Assembly (NCBI GenBank): GCA_049903315.1 | Contig: JBNGBT010000007.1 | Coordinates: 32,360 to 96,359 of the forward strand | Origin: Candidatus Cloacimonadota bacterium | GTDB lineage: Bacteria; Cloacimonadota; Cloacimonadia; JGIOTU-2 | DNA length: 64,000 nt | Reading direction: 5' to 3' | Shown here: piece by piece, positions 30,704 to 40,837 of the stretch | Position numbering within the stretch: position 1 is the stretch's first letter | How the letters are laid out: every line of letters begins with the position of its first letter | The notes under the pieces: generated by a model | Seen by the model: only the letters and a program-made list of their open reading frames with translations | Told to the model about the DNA's origin: nothing | The model's database searches: none | Translations under genes and position numbers: made by a program

Positions 30704-32602
30704 ATGGCAAAAGAGCTACGTTCAATATTGGCTACCGACTGTGGTAGCACAACAACGAAAGCCATATTAATTAAGAAAATCGATGATGTATATCGTTTGA
30801 TCGTACGAGGTGAAGCACCAACAACAGTGGAAGCTCCCTTTGATGATGTGACAAAAGGTGTTCTGAATGCGGTCGAAGAAGTTCAGGACCTCGTTCATAT
30901 TCGAGGAGAAAAAGATAGGTCTATCATCAAAGATGAAACAATAGAAGTACCTCAGGATGGCGATAAAGGTGTTGATGCATATGTGTCTACGAGCAGCGCC
31001 GGTGGGGGACTTCAAATGATGGTTGCCGGCGTCGTAAAAAGCATGACTGGTGAAAGTGCAGAACGTGCAGCACTCGGTGCAGGAGCTATTGTTATGGATG
31101 TGCTTGCAAGCAATGACAAGCGCCTTCCTCACCAAAGGATCGAAAGAATACGGCATCTGCGTCCCGATATGATACTTCTGTCAGGAGGTATCGATGGGGG
31201 AACGACCAAGCATGTGGTCGAACTCGCAGAGATTATTGCTGCTGCAGATCCCAAACCCCGTCTTGGATCAGAATACAAATTACCAGTCATCTATGCGGGA
31301 AACAAGGACGCTCGTGATGCAGTGAAAGAGACACTGGGGAGCAAGGTCGATCTTATCATAACAGATAATATCCGACCTGTGCTTGAAAGAGAAAATCTCG
31401 GACCTGCGCGTGATAAAATACACGATCTTTTTATGGAGCATGTGATGGCTCAAGCGCCAGGATACAAAAAGCTTATGGCTTGGGCGAGGGCAGAAACAGA
31501 AAACGGAAAAATCGAAGAAGTGCCTATCATGCCTACACCTGGAGCTGTCGGAAACATCATGCAGACAATTGCGCGGCTGGAAAACATCGAGGTCGTGGGT
31601 GTGGATATCGGCGGAGCTACAACTGATGTCTTTTCGGTGTTCTCTGAGGATAAAGTATTCAACAGAACAGTAAGTGCAAACCTGGGAATGAGTTATAGTA
31701 TTTCAAACGTGCTCGCTTCGACAGGTATAAAAAATATTTTACGCTGGGTGCCTTTCGATATTCCGGAAACTCAACTGCGTAATATGATCAAAAATAAAAT
31801 GATCAGGCCTACCACGATTCCTTTCCTTGCAGAAGAACTTATGCTGGAACAGGCAATCGCAAAAGAAGCGCTTCGTCTTGCTTTTGAACAGCATAAAGAA
31901 TTTGCCGTTACTCTGAAAGGCACACAGAGAGAAAGAGAAATTTCTGAAGCATTCTCGCAATCAACATCAGGTGAAACAATTGTAAATATGATGACTCTTG
32001 ATATATTGGTTGGCAGCGGTGGTGTACTTTCTCACGCACCTCGAAGAAACCAGTCTGCGATGATGATGATCGATGCATTTCTTCCCGAAGGCATCACACG
32101 CCTTGCGGTTGATAGTATATTCATGATGCCGCAGCTTGGTGTACTGTCAACGATCAGTGAAAAGGCAGCACAAGAAGTATTTGAAAGAGATTGTCTTATC
32201 CATCTAGGAACCTGCATCGCGCCAAAAGGTAAGTATAAACAAGGTAAAACAGCGCTTAATGCGAGGATCGAACTGCCAAATGGAGAGATCTACGAAGAGA
32301 GTATCCCGTTTGGAGAGATCGTCAGATTGAATCTTGGTGTTGGTGAAAATGCAAAAGCAATTTTAAAACCATCAAGTGGATGCGATCTTGGTACAGGGAA
32401 GAATACTGAAGTTGAAACTACGATTTCTGGTGGTGTTGTTGGTATTATTATTGATACTCGCGGAAGAGAATTGTATTTTGATGAAAAGCTGAACAAAGAA
32501 ACAATGAGCGCTCATATTCCATCGGATAATGCAGCACGAGTCGAATCGTTGAAAAAGTGGATGAAAGCTCTCGAAGTCTATCCCCAAGAATGGTTATCAT
32601 AG
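30704..32602 (+). CDS. GlmL/MutL (glutamate mutase accessory) family actin-like ATPase
   Basis: Phosphate-1 loop DCGSTTTKA, TSSAGGGL, LSGGIDGG, YAGN, MPTPGAV, phosphate-2 loop VDIGGATTDVFS, RTVSANLG, GSGGVLSH. Confidence 0.85.
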   Translation: MAKELRSILATDCGSTTTKAILIKKIDDVYRLIVRGEAPTTVEAPFDDVTKGVLNAVEEVQDLVHIRGEKDRSIIKDETIEVPQDGDKGVDAYVSTSSAGGGLQMMVAGVVKSMTGESAERAALGAGAIVMDVLASNDKRLPHQRIERIRHLRPDMILLSGGIDGGTTKHVVELAEIIAAADPKPRLGSEYKLPVIYAGNKDARDAVKETLGSKVDLIITDNIRPVLERENLGPARDKIHDLFMEHVMAQAPGYKKLMAWARAETENGKIEEVPIMPTPGAVGNIMQTIARLENIEVVGVDIGGATTDVFSVFSEDKVFNRTVSANLGMSYSISNVLASTGIKNILRWVPFDIPETQLRNMIKNKMIRPTTIPFLAEELMLEQAIAKEALRLAFEQHKEFAVTLKGTQREREISEAFSQSTSGETIVNMMTLDILVGSGGVLSHAPRRNQSAMMMIDAFLPEGITRLAVDSIFMMPQLGVLSTISEKAAQEVFERDCLIHLGTCIAPKGKYKQGKTALNARIELPNGEIYEESIPFGEIVRLNLGVGENAKAILKPSSGCDLGTGKNTEVETTISGGVVGIIIDTRGRELYFDEKLNKETMSAHIPSDNAARVESLKKWMKALEVYPQEWLS

Positions 32603-32611
32603 GAGGTTCAC

Positions 32612-33736
32612 ATGGCACAAGCATATACTCCCGGATTGACAATAACAAAAAGTATTATTCTGAGAAAAGATAGAATCCTTCCTCTCAAAGGTGAAGTTGT
32701 GGTAAAAGTAGGGGACAAGGTCACTGCAGATGACAATGTCGCAAAAACCGATTTACCAGGTGACGTTATCGCAATCAATATCGGCAATAAACTCGGAGTC
32801 CCGCCCTCTGATGTTTTGTCAAAAATGCAGAAAAAAGAAGGTGAAAAAATAAAAAAAGATGAACCTCTCGCAATGAGCCAGAGTATGTTCGGTCTTTTTA
32901 AATCTATTGTGAAATCACCGATTACCGGCACAGTCGAGAATATTTCGAGTATCACAGGACAAGTTCTTCTTCGAGAACCTCCGGTCCCAATAACCGTGAA
33001 AGCATTTATTGATGGCGTCGTCAGCAAGGTTTATGAAAATGAAGGCGTCCAGATAGAGAATAAATCTGCCTATATACAGGGAATCTTCGGCATTGGTGGT
33101 GAGATTACTGGTGAAATCAAAGTTCTTGTTGATGGACCAGATGCCGAACTCCTGCCTGAACAGATTGATAATTCATGTAAGGATAAGATCATAGTGGGCG
33201 GTTCTATGGTGCGCCTGCCGGCTATTAAGAAAGCAATTCAAGTTAATGCAAAAGGCATTGTTATAGGCGGTATTGATGACCAGGATCTTAAAGACCTGCT
33301 TGGCTATGATATCGGTGTTGCAATAACCGGACATGAGGAGATTGGGTTGACTCTCGTTCTCACAGAAGGTTTTGGCCCAATTAAAATGGCTGCAAAAACG
33401 TATGAAATATTAAAAGAATTCGAGGGTTATAAGACTTCCATGCACGGCAAAACCCAGATCAGAGCCGGTGTGATGAGACCAGAGATAATTATTCCAATTC
33501 CATTTAAAGAAGAAGAGTTGAAAGCCAAAGAGAAAGAAATCTCAGGACTGAAAATTGGTAGTATAATTCGAATTATCCGAGAACCTCATTTCGGAGAGAT
33601 CTGTGAAGTGACGGCACTTCCCGAAGAACTTGTTGTAGTTGAATCTGAAACAAAAGTGCGTGTACTCAAGGCAAAAATGGACGATGGCATTGAAGTTACA
33701 GTTCCACGTGCAAATGTTGAAGCTATTGAAGATTAA
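32612..33736 (+). CDS. Hypothetical protein: barrel-sandwich-hybrid repeats, alpha/beta core, C-terminal KOW/SH3-like domain
   Basis: VKVGDKV..DD.VA, KKEGEKIKKDEPLA and KSPITGTV (RnfC/lipoyl-like hairpins); KGIVIGG; TEGFG; TQIRAGVMRPEIIIP; LKIGSIIRIIREPHFG. Confidence 0.7.
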   Translation: MAQAYTPGLTITKSIILRKDRILPLKGEVVVKVGDKVTADDNVAKTDLPGDVIAINIGNKLGVPPSDVLSKMQKKEGEKIKKDEPLAMSQSMFGLFKSIVKSPITGTVENISSITGQVLLREPPVPITVKAFIDGVVSKVYENEGVQIENKSAYIQGIFGIGGEITGEIKVLVDGPDAELLPEQIDNSCKDKIIVGGSMVRLPAIKKAIQVNAKGIVIGGIDDQDLKDLLGYDIGVAITGHEEIGLTLVLTEGFGPIKMAAKTYEILKEFEGYKTSMHGKTQIRAGVMRPEIIIPIPFKEEELKAKEKEISGLKIGSIIRIIREPHFGEICEVTALPEELVVVESETKVRVLKAKMDDGIEVTVPRANVEAIED

Positions 33737-33757
33737 TTGATATTAGTATAAAATATT

Positions 33758-33784
33758 AAAGGGCACCGTCGAGTGCCCTTTTTT
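33758..33784. terminator. Bidirectional intrinsic terminator
   Basis: AAAGGGCAC-cgtcga-GTGCCCTTTTTT between convergent genes. Confidence 0.85.
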
Positions 33785-33803
33785 ATTACTTGAAATTGTT
33801 TAA

Positions 33804-35147
33804 CTAAAACTCTGTTCCGCTTGAGAAATTAAAATTACTGATTTTCATTGCAGGAACAAGGAAACCACCGCCAAAGAAAGCACCTGCGATCTCAGCAGTA
33901 TCTCCAATCTCTTCTATATTTGAGAAAATATTAATAACACTATCCGTAAAACGCATGTTCTTCAGAGGTTTAGTTATCTTGCCATTCTCTACCATAAAGA
34001 ATCCGTCTCGCGTCATACCAGTTACTAACAATGCAATAGGATCGATAATATTTGAATAGTGGAAATGAGTGACCAGCACACCTTTTTCGGTATTCTTGAT
34101 CATTTTTTCGACCGAACTCTTTCCTGTTTCAAACCTCATTGCAAAAGGATATGCTGCTTGTGTGGGTAGTGGGATTGCATGTCCGTTATTCTCGACACCT
34201 GTCTCTTTTGCAATCCACCTATTCGTTGCAAAACCTTTAGGAATACCTTTGTGAATGAGCGTCATTGGCTTCACGGGCATTCCCTCAAAATCAAAGGGCT
34301 GCGAGCCGATAATAGGACTATAGGGATCTTCAAAAACATTGAGTTTTTCTGAAAACACTTTTTTATTCAATCCATCTTTGAGGAAAGATGTTCCTTCGAT
34401 ATAGTCCATGCCGTTGAATCCTCTCCACAGAAGGAAAAGAACAAATTCAGCTACTGCTGCCGGCTCCATTATGACAGTATATTTTCCGGGCTTCAAATTC
34501 TCAGGATATTTGCTCTTCAGCGCTTTTTCGACCGCTATATTTCCCGCTTTTTCCACATCGATCTGACGAACATCCTTTTTGATGATCTCATGCCAACCGG
34601 AAGCAGCGCCATCCATTGCGGTAATACTAAATTCTGCGTTCGTAGAGATATCATAAGCAAAAAGTCCTTTGCTGTTTGCAAGTGCAATCTCAGAGGTTGA
34701 GTTTGAAAATATTCCTGCTCCCTCAAGATTGTTTTTCTTGCATATATTGACTGCTTTTGTAATACTTTCTGCACGCTGCTGTGGTGAAAATTCATCAGTA
34801 GATTTGCAGAAATTATCAACCTTTTGATATTTCTGCTGTTTCGGAAGTGGAAGAAGTTTATCATTATCTCTTTGCATTCTTGTCGCATCAATAGCCGCTT
34901 GAAGTGTTTGTTTAAGGGAATCATCATCTAATTTATTCGTGGTCGCAGTTGCAGTTTTTTTACCTATGATCGTTCGTATCCTGATATGATAGGATGTATC
35001 GCTTACATTTTGATGTATATAATTATCAGCATATCTTGTAAGCGCACTTTTATTTTTAAAGATCATGACCTCAGTTTCAACTTCTCGGGAAAGAGAACAA
35101 ATTTTCTGGGCTAATTCCCGCATCTCTGCGATATTATTCTGTCTCAT
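33804..35147 (-). CDS. TldD/PmbA family protein (PmbA/TldE-like)
   Basis: TRYADNYIHQNV, PGKYTVIMEPAAV, PFDFEG, TGMTRDG.F.VENGKI..P..NMRF; no HExxGH catalytic motif. Confidence 0.85.
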   Translation of the reverse strand: MRQNNIAEMRELAQKICSLSREVETEVMIFKNKSALTRYADNYIHQNVSDTSYHIRIRTIIGKKTATATTNKLDDDSLKQTLQAAIDATRMQRDNDKLLPLPKQQKYQKVDNFCKSTDEFSPQQRAESITKAVNICKKNNLEGAGIFSNSTSEIALANSKGLFAYDISTNAEFSITAMDGAASGWHEIIKKDVRQIDVEKAGNIAVEKALKSKYPENLKPGKYTVIMEPAAVAEFVLFLLWRGFNGMDYIEGTSFLKDGLNKKVFSEKLNVFEDPYSPIIGSQPFDFEGMPVKPMTLIHKGIPKGFATNRWIAKETGVENNGHAIPLPTQAAYPFAMRFETGKSSVEKMIKNTEKGVLVTHFHYSNIIDPIALLVTGMTRDGFFMVENGKITKPLKNMRFTDSVINIFSNIEEIGDTAEIAGAFFGGGFLVPAMKISNFNFSSGTEF

Positions 35148-35199
35148 ATGAACTCCTGAATTTATTAATCGAATGTTTTTTCATCGCAGCTTATGTTTG

Positions 35200-35237
35200 T
35201 GTCAAGACTTTCATGTCTCACCACGATTTTGTTGACA
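35200..35237. promoter_or_regulatory. Divergent -35 hexamers for the pmbA-like gene and purA
   Basis: TGTCAA at 35200-35205 and TTGACA at 35232-35237. Confidence 0.45.
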
Positions 35238-35290
35238 CAGAGTGATGTGCCTATGATAAATATTCAAGAATATTTAAAAAGAGGTTTCAA

Positions 35291-36559
35291 ATGCCAGTAA
35301 CTGTCGTCCTGGGGGCAATATGGGGAGATGAGGCAAAGGCAAAGATAGTCGATGCGCTTGCAGAAAACATGGATGCAATTGTGCGCTTCCAGGGTGGATG
35401 CAATGCAGGTCATACAGTCGTTCACGGCGATATAACATATAAATTTCACATAATCCCCGTTGGTATCCTTGATCCGGATATGATATGTATTATTGGAAAT
35501 GGCGTTGTGATAAATCTTGAAAGATTATTAGAAGAAATTCAGAATATTGAGTCAAAAGGGATTCATCTTGCTGAAAGATTTTTCATAAGTTCGCAGGCGC
35601 ACCTCACACTCCCTGTTCAGACCTATCTCGATGAGCTGGGTGAAAAACTGAGCGGAAAACAAGCAATCGGAACGACGAAATCAGGTATTGGACCAACCTA
35701 TTCTGATAAAGCTGCACGGCTTGGACTGCGCATGAGTGATTTGCTCGACAAGGAATACCTTGCCTACAGATTATCAAATCTTATCAATAATAAAAGAGAC
35801 ATACTCGGTTCATGGCTCGAGAATATCAGCTTGGAAGATTCTGTTGATATGCTATATGAGGTTGGAATTCAGCTCAAACCTTATATCAGCAACACTCCGT
35901 ATATGATCAACAATATGATCAAAGAAAATAAAAATATTCTTTTCGAGGGTGCTCAGGGAACACTCCTTGATATTGATTTCGGGACATATCCATTCGTCAC
36001 ATCTTCAAACTCAACCATTGGCGGAGCTTTGACTGGTGCCGGTATTAATCCAAGAAGTATTAATAAAATAATTGGCGTTATGAAGGCATATTTTACCCGT
36101 GTAGGAAACGGACCTTTCCCAACTGAACTGCATGATAAGATTGGGGAATACATTCGTGAAAAAGGGCATGAATACGGCACGACGACCGGGCGTCCGCGCA
36201 GATGCGGGTGGTTTGATGCAGTTGCCGCAAGTTTCTCTGTAATGCTCAATGGTTTTGACGAAATTGCACTTACTTTACTTGATGTCTATTCCGGCTTAGA
36301 TACGATCGAGATCTGCACAAGTTATACATTAGATGGTCTCAAGCTCGAGGAATATCCCGTTGAAACACGGCTATTACAAAAGGTTCAACCCACATATATT
36401 TCTCTTCCAGGGTGGAAAGAAGATATTTCATCAGTGAAAATATTTGAAGAACTACCTGAAAATGCCCGGAATTTTGTCCAGACTATAGAAGAACTGCTCG
36501 GTATTCCAATTAAGATCATTTCTGTTGGTGCAAAACGCAGCCAGACAATCTTTAGATAA
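35291..36559 (+). CDS. purA: Adenylosuccinate synthetase
   Basis: WGDEAKAK, GGCNAGHT, GIGPTYSDK, EGAQG, GTYPFVTSS, GTTTGRPRRCGWFD. Confidence 0.96.
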   Translation: MPVTVVLGAIWGDEAKAKIVDALAENMDAIVRFQGGCNAGHTVVHGDITYKFHIIPVGILDPDMICIIGNGVVINLERLLEEIQNIESKGIHLAERFFISSQAHLTLPVQTYLDELGEKLSGKQAIGTTKSGIGPTYSDKAARLGLRMSDLLDKEYLAYRLSNLINNKRDILGSWLENISLEDSVDMLYEVGIQLKPYISNTPYMINNMIKENKNILFEGAQGTLLDIDFGTYPFVTSSNSTIGGALTGAGINPRSINKIIGVMKAYFTRVGNGPFPTELHDKIGEYIREKGHEYGTTTGRPRRCGWFDAVAASFSVMLNGFDEIALTLLDVYSGLDTIEICTSYTLDGLKLEEYPVETRLLQKVQPTYISLPGWKEDISSVKIFEELPENARNFVQTIEELLGIPIKIISVGAKRSQTIFR

Positions 36560-36567
36560 AACAGTGC

Positions 36568-37209
36568 ATGAGTATCATCTGTCAAAACCTCACCTTTAGT
36601 TACTCAAAGAAAACATCCAATCCTCGACTTATTGAAAATTTCGATTTAGAGTTGAAAAAACAAGATACACTATGTCTTTACGGCGGAACCGGTTCAGGAA
36701 AAACAACTCTATTCAATTTATTCTTTAGAATATTAGAACCAGTAAAAGGAAAAATTCTCATTGATACTATGTCATTGCATAAAGAAAAAAAACTATCCGA
36801 CAAAGTTGCATTTCTGTTTCAGGATTCGGAAAGACAATTTGTTTTCCCGTCGATAAAAGATGAATATGATTTTTTAACAAATCAAAATGAGAATATAAAT
36901 ATCACACAAAATATCAGAGAGTTATGCGAAATATTCAATGTAAAAATTGGAGATCTTTTTAATAATGATATATATGAACTCTCTATGGGTGAACTCCGAT
37001 TGCTTCAGATCATTTTTTCCTTTTCTGCGAATACAGAATATTTGATTGTTGATGAACCTGGAGATCATCTCGAGGATAAACTTCGCAATAAATTATTCGA
37101 TCTCATAAAATCAACCAACAATAAAGGAATACTGATCCTTACCAAATATCCGGATTTGTATGATGCTGTTGCTAATACGAGTATTCCTATTAATTCAAGA
37201 CATACATGA
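36568..37209 (+). CDS. Divergent ABC ATP-binding protein (EcfA/CbiO-like)
   Basis: Walker A GGTGSGKTT, FQDSERQF Q-loop, LSMGE signature, LIVDEP Walker B; switch His absent. Confidence 0.7.
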   Translation: MSIICQNLTFSYSKKTSNPRLIENFDLELKKQDTLCLYGGTGSGKTTLFNLFFRILEPVKGKILIDTMSLHKEKKLSDKVAFLFQDSERQFVFPSIKDEYDFLTNQNENINITQNIRELCEIFNVKIGDLFNNDIYELSMGELRLLQIIFSFSANTEYLIVDEPGDHLEDKLRNKLFDLIKSTNNKGILILTKYPDLYDAVANTSIPINSRHT

Positions 37210-37217
37210 GGTTTGTT

Positions 37218-40200
37218 ATGAAAAAACTACTTATATTATTAATGATACTTTTTTTGAGTTCAGTGCTTAATGCAGGTGTACAGGAAGAATTTGATTTCGC
37301 AAAAAAGATGTATGATGATACTCTTTACGAAGAAGCAATAGGAAAATTCCAGAATATTATTCAGAAATATCCGGCTTCAACTCTTGCAGAGGAAGCTCAA
37401 TTTTATTTAGGTAATTCCTATATGGAGCTCGAGCAATATGTGAATGCATCCTTTACTTATAAACGTCTTCTGGATGATTATCCTGAGACAACACTCTACC
37501 CACAAACTGTTTTCAAGCTCGCAGAAAGTCTTTTTGAAAGTAAAAATTATTTTGAAGCAGCACAGTATTACCAGGACCTGATTTATAACTATCCTCAAAG
37601 TCCTTTTGCACTGCAATCTCTTAACAAGATCATTACTGCATTGAAAAATGCCGGTATGTATAATGAAGCGATTCTCATATCAATGGATATCGTAGAAAGC
37701 TTTACAGGCAAAGCCCAGATCCCGACTATCTTGCTCTCACTCGCATCTGTGTATCAACTCCATAATATGCCGGTCGAATATGAACAAACCCTTCTGGAAA
37801 TTGTTGAAATGTATCCTCAATCTGATGAAAAATGGGAAGCAATACAGGAATTATCACAGTATTATTACAATAATGAAATGCCCGATCAAGCCCTACAATT
37901 ACTCAAAAATGGGCTTACTGATACTATTCCTCGAGAATTTGAACAATCGCTGCTATTACTCTATGCAGAACTCCTTGAGCGGAGCGGGGAAAAGCATAAA
38001 TCTCTGGAACAATATATGGAATTTTATCGAAAATTCGACACATACCCACAACGGAATAAAATCGCTTATAAGATTGCTTCTCTCCAATTTGCACTTGAAG
38101 AATATAAGAATACAATCCTCACCTGCAATGAATTTGAGCAAAATTTCCCTATGGACGAGGTTACTCCGCAAATCCAATACCTGCTTGCATTTGCACAATA
38201 TCACCTTATAGATTATACTCGAGCATTATCAATTCTAAATAATATTGATCTCAAAAAAGCTTCACTCGAAATTCAAAAAGACATTCATCAGTTACATGCT
38301 CAAATCTTTATAAAACAAAAGGAGTACGAACCAGCGATCTCCTCTTATCTTGGCATTATAAAAAACTATTCTCACATTTCTGCAGTTGATTCCGTTTATT
38401 ATGAAATTGGTCAGCTCTACCAGAATTATCTGCAAAATTTCTCTGCTGCAATAAATTACTACAGTATTATTGTCACGACCTATCCGGAGAGTGAACTTCG
38501 TGGGCAGACATATTTGAATATGGCATTTTGCAGTGAACAACTCGGTCAATATCAGAGTGCTTTGGAGTATTACAAACAAGCGCTTTCTTCACGTTCTCTC
38601 ACCATAGAAGAACGAAATAACATTTCCGGCAAATTGGAATATATAGAACAATTTATGGAGAAAAATGAGAGTCGAGCGCTTGAGGATCTGGTTCAGACTT
38701 TTGCCCATTTTGTGCGAAATAATGATTATATTGCAACGATATATTCCCTAGCAAAGATCTATACAGATGATCTTAAGGAATTTAATAAAGCACTGCAACT
38801 TCTTGAGAGTGATCCTTTATCCGGCAGTGAACCAAGACTCTTATTATTGAAGGGAGAAATTTTTCTCAAACTTGCACAAAAAGCAATGATTGAAGAAGAT
38901 ACTGCTGTTGAAACATATTATACTAATGCACAACAAATTTTCGAATCTATTGTAACCGATTATTCTGACATTCCAGAGAAAGCATATGCAGAATTCTATC
39001 TTATCACCTTAAAAACTAGAATCTACGAGCCGGGAAGCGAGCTTTACATCACGAGCTTGCGACAACTCACACTCTCCTTCATCGATACCTATACTACATT
39101 TCCTTATATCGGTAAAATATATTTTAGTCTGGGAAAAGCACTTTTACAATATGATAAATCTGATGAGCAGACAATCACGTATCTCCAGAAAGCTGCCACA
39201 CTTACACAGGATGCAGAGATCAGAAATGAAGCATATCGCTACCTTGGTGATCTTTACTTTGAAAATGAAGGATACATTGCAGCCAGAAATCAATATCTGA
39301 AAATTGATGAAACAAAAATTTATGATGATCCTGAACTGCTCTATAATGTAGGAAATGTATATTACCAACTCAAATCATATTCTCAGAGTGTCGTTTATTT
39401 CGAGTATTATGTCCAAAATTACACAGCTCAAGAAAATTATATCGACGTACTCAACCTCCTCGCTTCTATCTATCTATCTATGAATGAGCCGCTTAAGGCA
39501 ATGAAATATTATGCAGTTCTCGCAGAAAAAGCACCGAACGACAGGCTCCTCCGCACACTTCGGAATCTTTATATTGACGAGGGTCAGTTTGAAGAAGCGA
39601 TTGAAATTTCCATGAAAATTGAAGCACTTACAAGTAAGGACAGGCGTATCCTTGCAGGCATCTATGAAGCTCAGGGTAATCTGAGTTATGCGATCCTGCA
39701 ATATGGACGGATTATCAGTCAGGTGACCGCAGAAGACACAATGCTCATAGATACTCAGCATCTTGCAGGCCTTCATATGCTGGTGGGAGATGTAACCAGT
39801 GCACTTGCTAACTATGCAAAAATCTACAATCTTACCGAGAGTTATAAAGATCCTTTTGAGAGTTTTCCATACTTAAATTGGTCGGAGATCGCGGAGAACA
39901 CCATCGTTGCTCAATATAAACTTAAAAACCGCACAAAAGCTGAACTTTACGAGAAATATTATAAATCCGTTATTAAAGATAAGATAGATGTCGAAGCTCA
40001 CATTGCACTTGAAAGAGGTATCTACTATGCCCAACTCGACCAAAAGAAAGCCCGAAAATTATTTGAAGAAGTGATTAAGGATTACAGCACCTCAGAGTAC
40101 GCTGACGATGCGTATCTTGAACTGGCGATCATGGCGCTGGAGAATAAGGAATTTGAAGAAGCGGAAACATATCTAACAACTTTGCTTGATAAATTTCCTG

Positions 40201-40811
40201 ATTCCGATCTGACCAACAATGTGTATCTTAAGTTGGGTTCTATGAACTTCAGTGAAGGAAATTTTCAGGAAGCGCTGGAGTATTATCAGAAAGTAATTCA
40301 GCGTGACACAGAAGGCACTTATGCGATGCAGGCGATCGAGAATTTTGCTTTGACCTGCAAATCCATGGGTGAATGGATGCTTGCGATCGAAGCATACCAG
40401 ATGCTGATCGACCGGTTTGGTTCACCGGAAATGACCCCCCAGACAATTTTTGAGATTTCATATTGCTATTATATGGATAAAGAATACAGAAAAGCCATAC
40501 AACTTTTCAAATCAATTCAGGATAAATTCACAGACAGCGAGGTAAAAGCTGAGATAATCTACTGGATAGGGGAATCATATTATGGACTTAAGGAATATGA
40601 CCAGGCAATAGAAACACTTCTCAAAATTGTGTATGACTATAGTTATCTGGATCAGTGGTATGTGAATGCAAATATCAAAATCGCAATCGCATACGAAAAG
40701 CTTCAGAAATTCGACAAAGCCCGTTTATTCTACAAAAATGTCATTGAACGCTACGGCACAAACTCCAATTGGGGGGCTGAGGCAAAAAAATTGCTGGACG
40801 CACTTCCCTGA
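37218..40811 (+). CDS. Exported tetratricopeptide-repeat protein (about 1200 aa; BamD/CpoB-like repeats)
   Basis: Signal peptide MKKLLILLM...NA; many A..F..L...YP.S....A.F.LG repeats throughout. Confidence 0.85.
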   Translation: MKKLLILLMILFLSSVLNAGVQEEFDFAKKMYDDTLYEEAIGKFQNIIQKYPASTLAEEAQFYLGNSYMELEQYVNASFTYKRLLDDYPETTLYPQTVFKLAESLFESKNYFEAAQYYQDLIYNYPQSPFALQSLNKIITALKNAGMYNEAILISMDIVESFTGKAQIPTILLSLASVYQLHNMPVEYEQTLLEIVEMYPQSDEKWEAIQELSQYYYNNEMPDQALQLLKNGLTDTIPREFEQSLLLLYAELLERSGEKHKSLEQYMEFYRKFDTYPQRNKIAYKIASLQFALEEYKNTILTCNEFEQNFPMDEVTPQIQYLLAFAQYHLIDYTRALSILNNIDLKKASLEIQKDIHQLHAQIFIKQKEYEPAISSYLGIIKNYSHISAVDSVYYEIGQLYQNYLQNFSAAINYYSIIVTTYPESELRGQTYLNMAFCSEQLGQYQSALEYYKQALSSRSLTIEERNNISGKLEYIEQFMEKNESRALEDLVQTFAHFVRNNDYIATIYSLAKIYTDDLKEFNKALQLLESDPLSGSEPRLLLLKGEIFLKLAQKAMIEEDTAVETYYTNAQQIFESIVTDYSDIPEKAYAEFYLITLKTRIYEPGSELYITSLRQLTLSFIDTYTTFPYIGKIYFSLGKALLQYDKSDEQTITYLQKAATLTQDAEIRNEAYRYLGDLYFENEGYIAARNQYLKIDETKIYDDPELLYNVGNVYYQLKSYSQSVVYFEYYVQNYTAQENYIDVLNLLASIYLSMNEPLKAMKYYAVLAEKAPNDRLLRTLRNLYIDEGQFEEAIEISMKIEALTSKDRRILAGIYEAQGNLSYAILQYGRIISQVTAEDTMLIDTQHLAGLHMLVGDVTSALANYAKIYNLTESYKDPFESFPYLNWSEIAENTIVAQYKLKNRTKAELYEKYYKSVIKDKIDVEAHIALERGIYYAQLDQKKARKLFEEVIKDYSTSEYADDAYLELAIMALENKEFEEAETYLTTLLDKFPDSDLTNNVYLKLGSMNFSEGNFQEALEYYQKVIQRDTEGTYAMQAIENFALTCKSMGEWMLAIEAYQMLIDRFGSPEMTPQTIFEISYCYYMDKEYRKAIQLFKSIQDKFTDSEVKAEIIYWIGESYYGLKEYDQAIETLLKIVYDYSYLDQWYVNANIKIAIAYEKLQKFDKARLFYKNVIERYGTNSNWGAEAKKLLDALP

Positions 40812-40837
40812 TCTTCCTCAAAAATGCATCTTAAACT

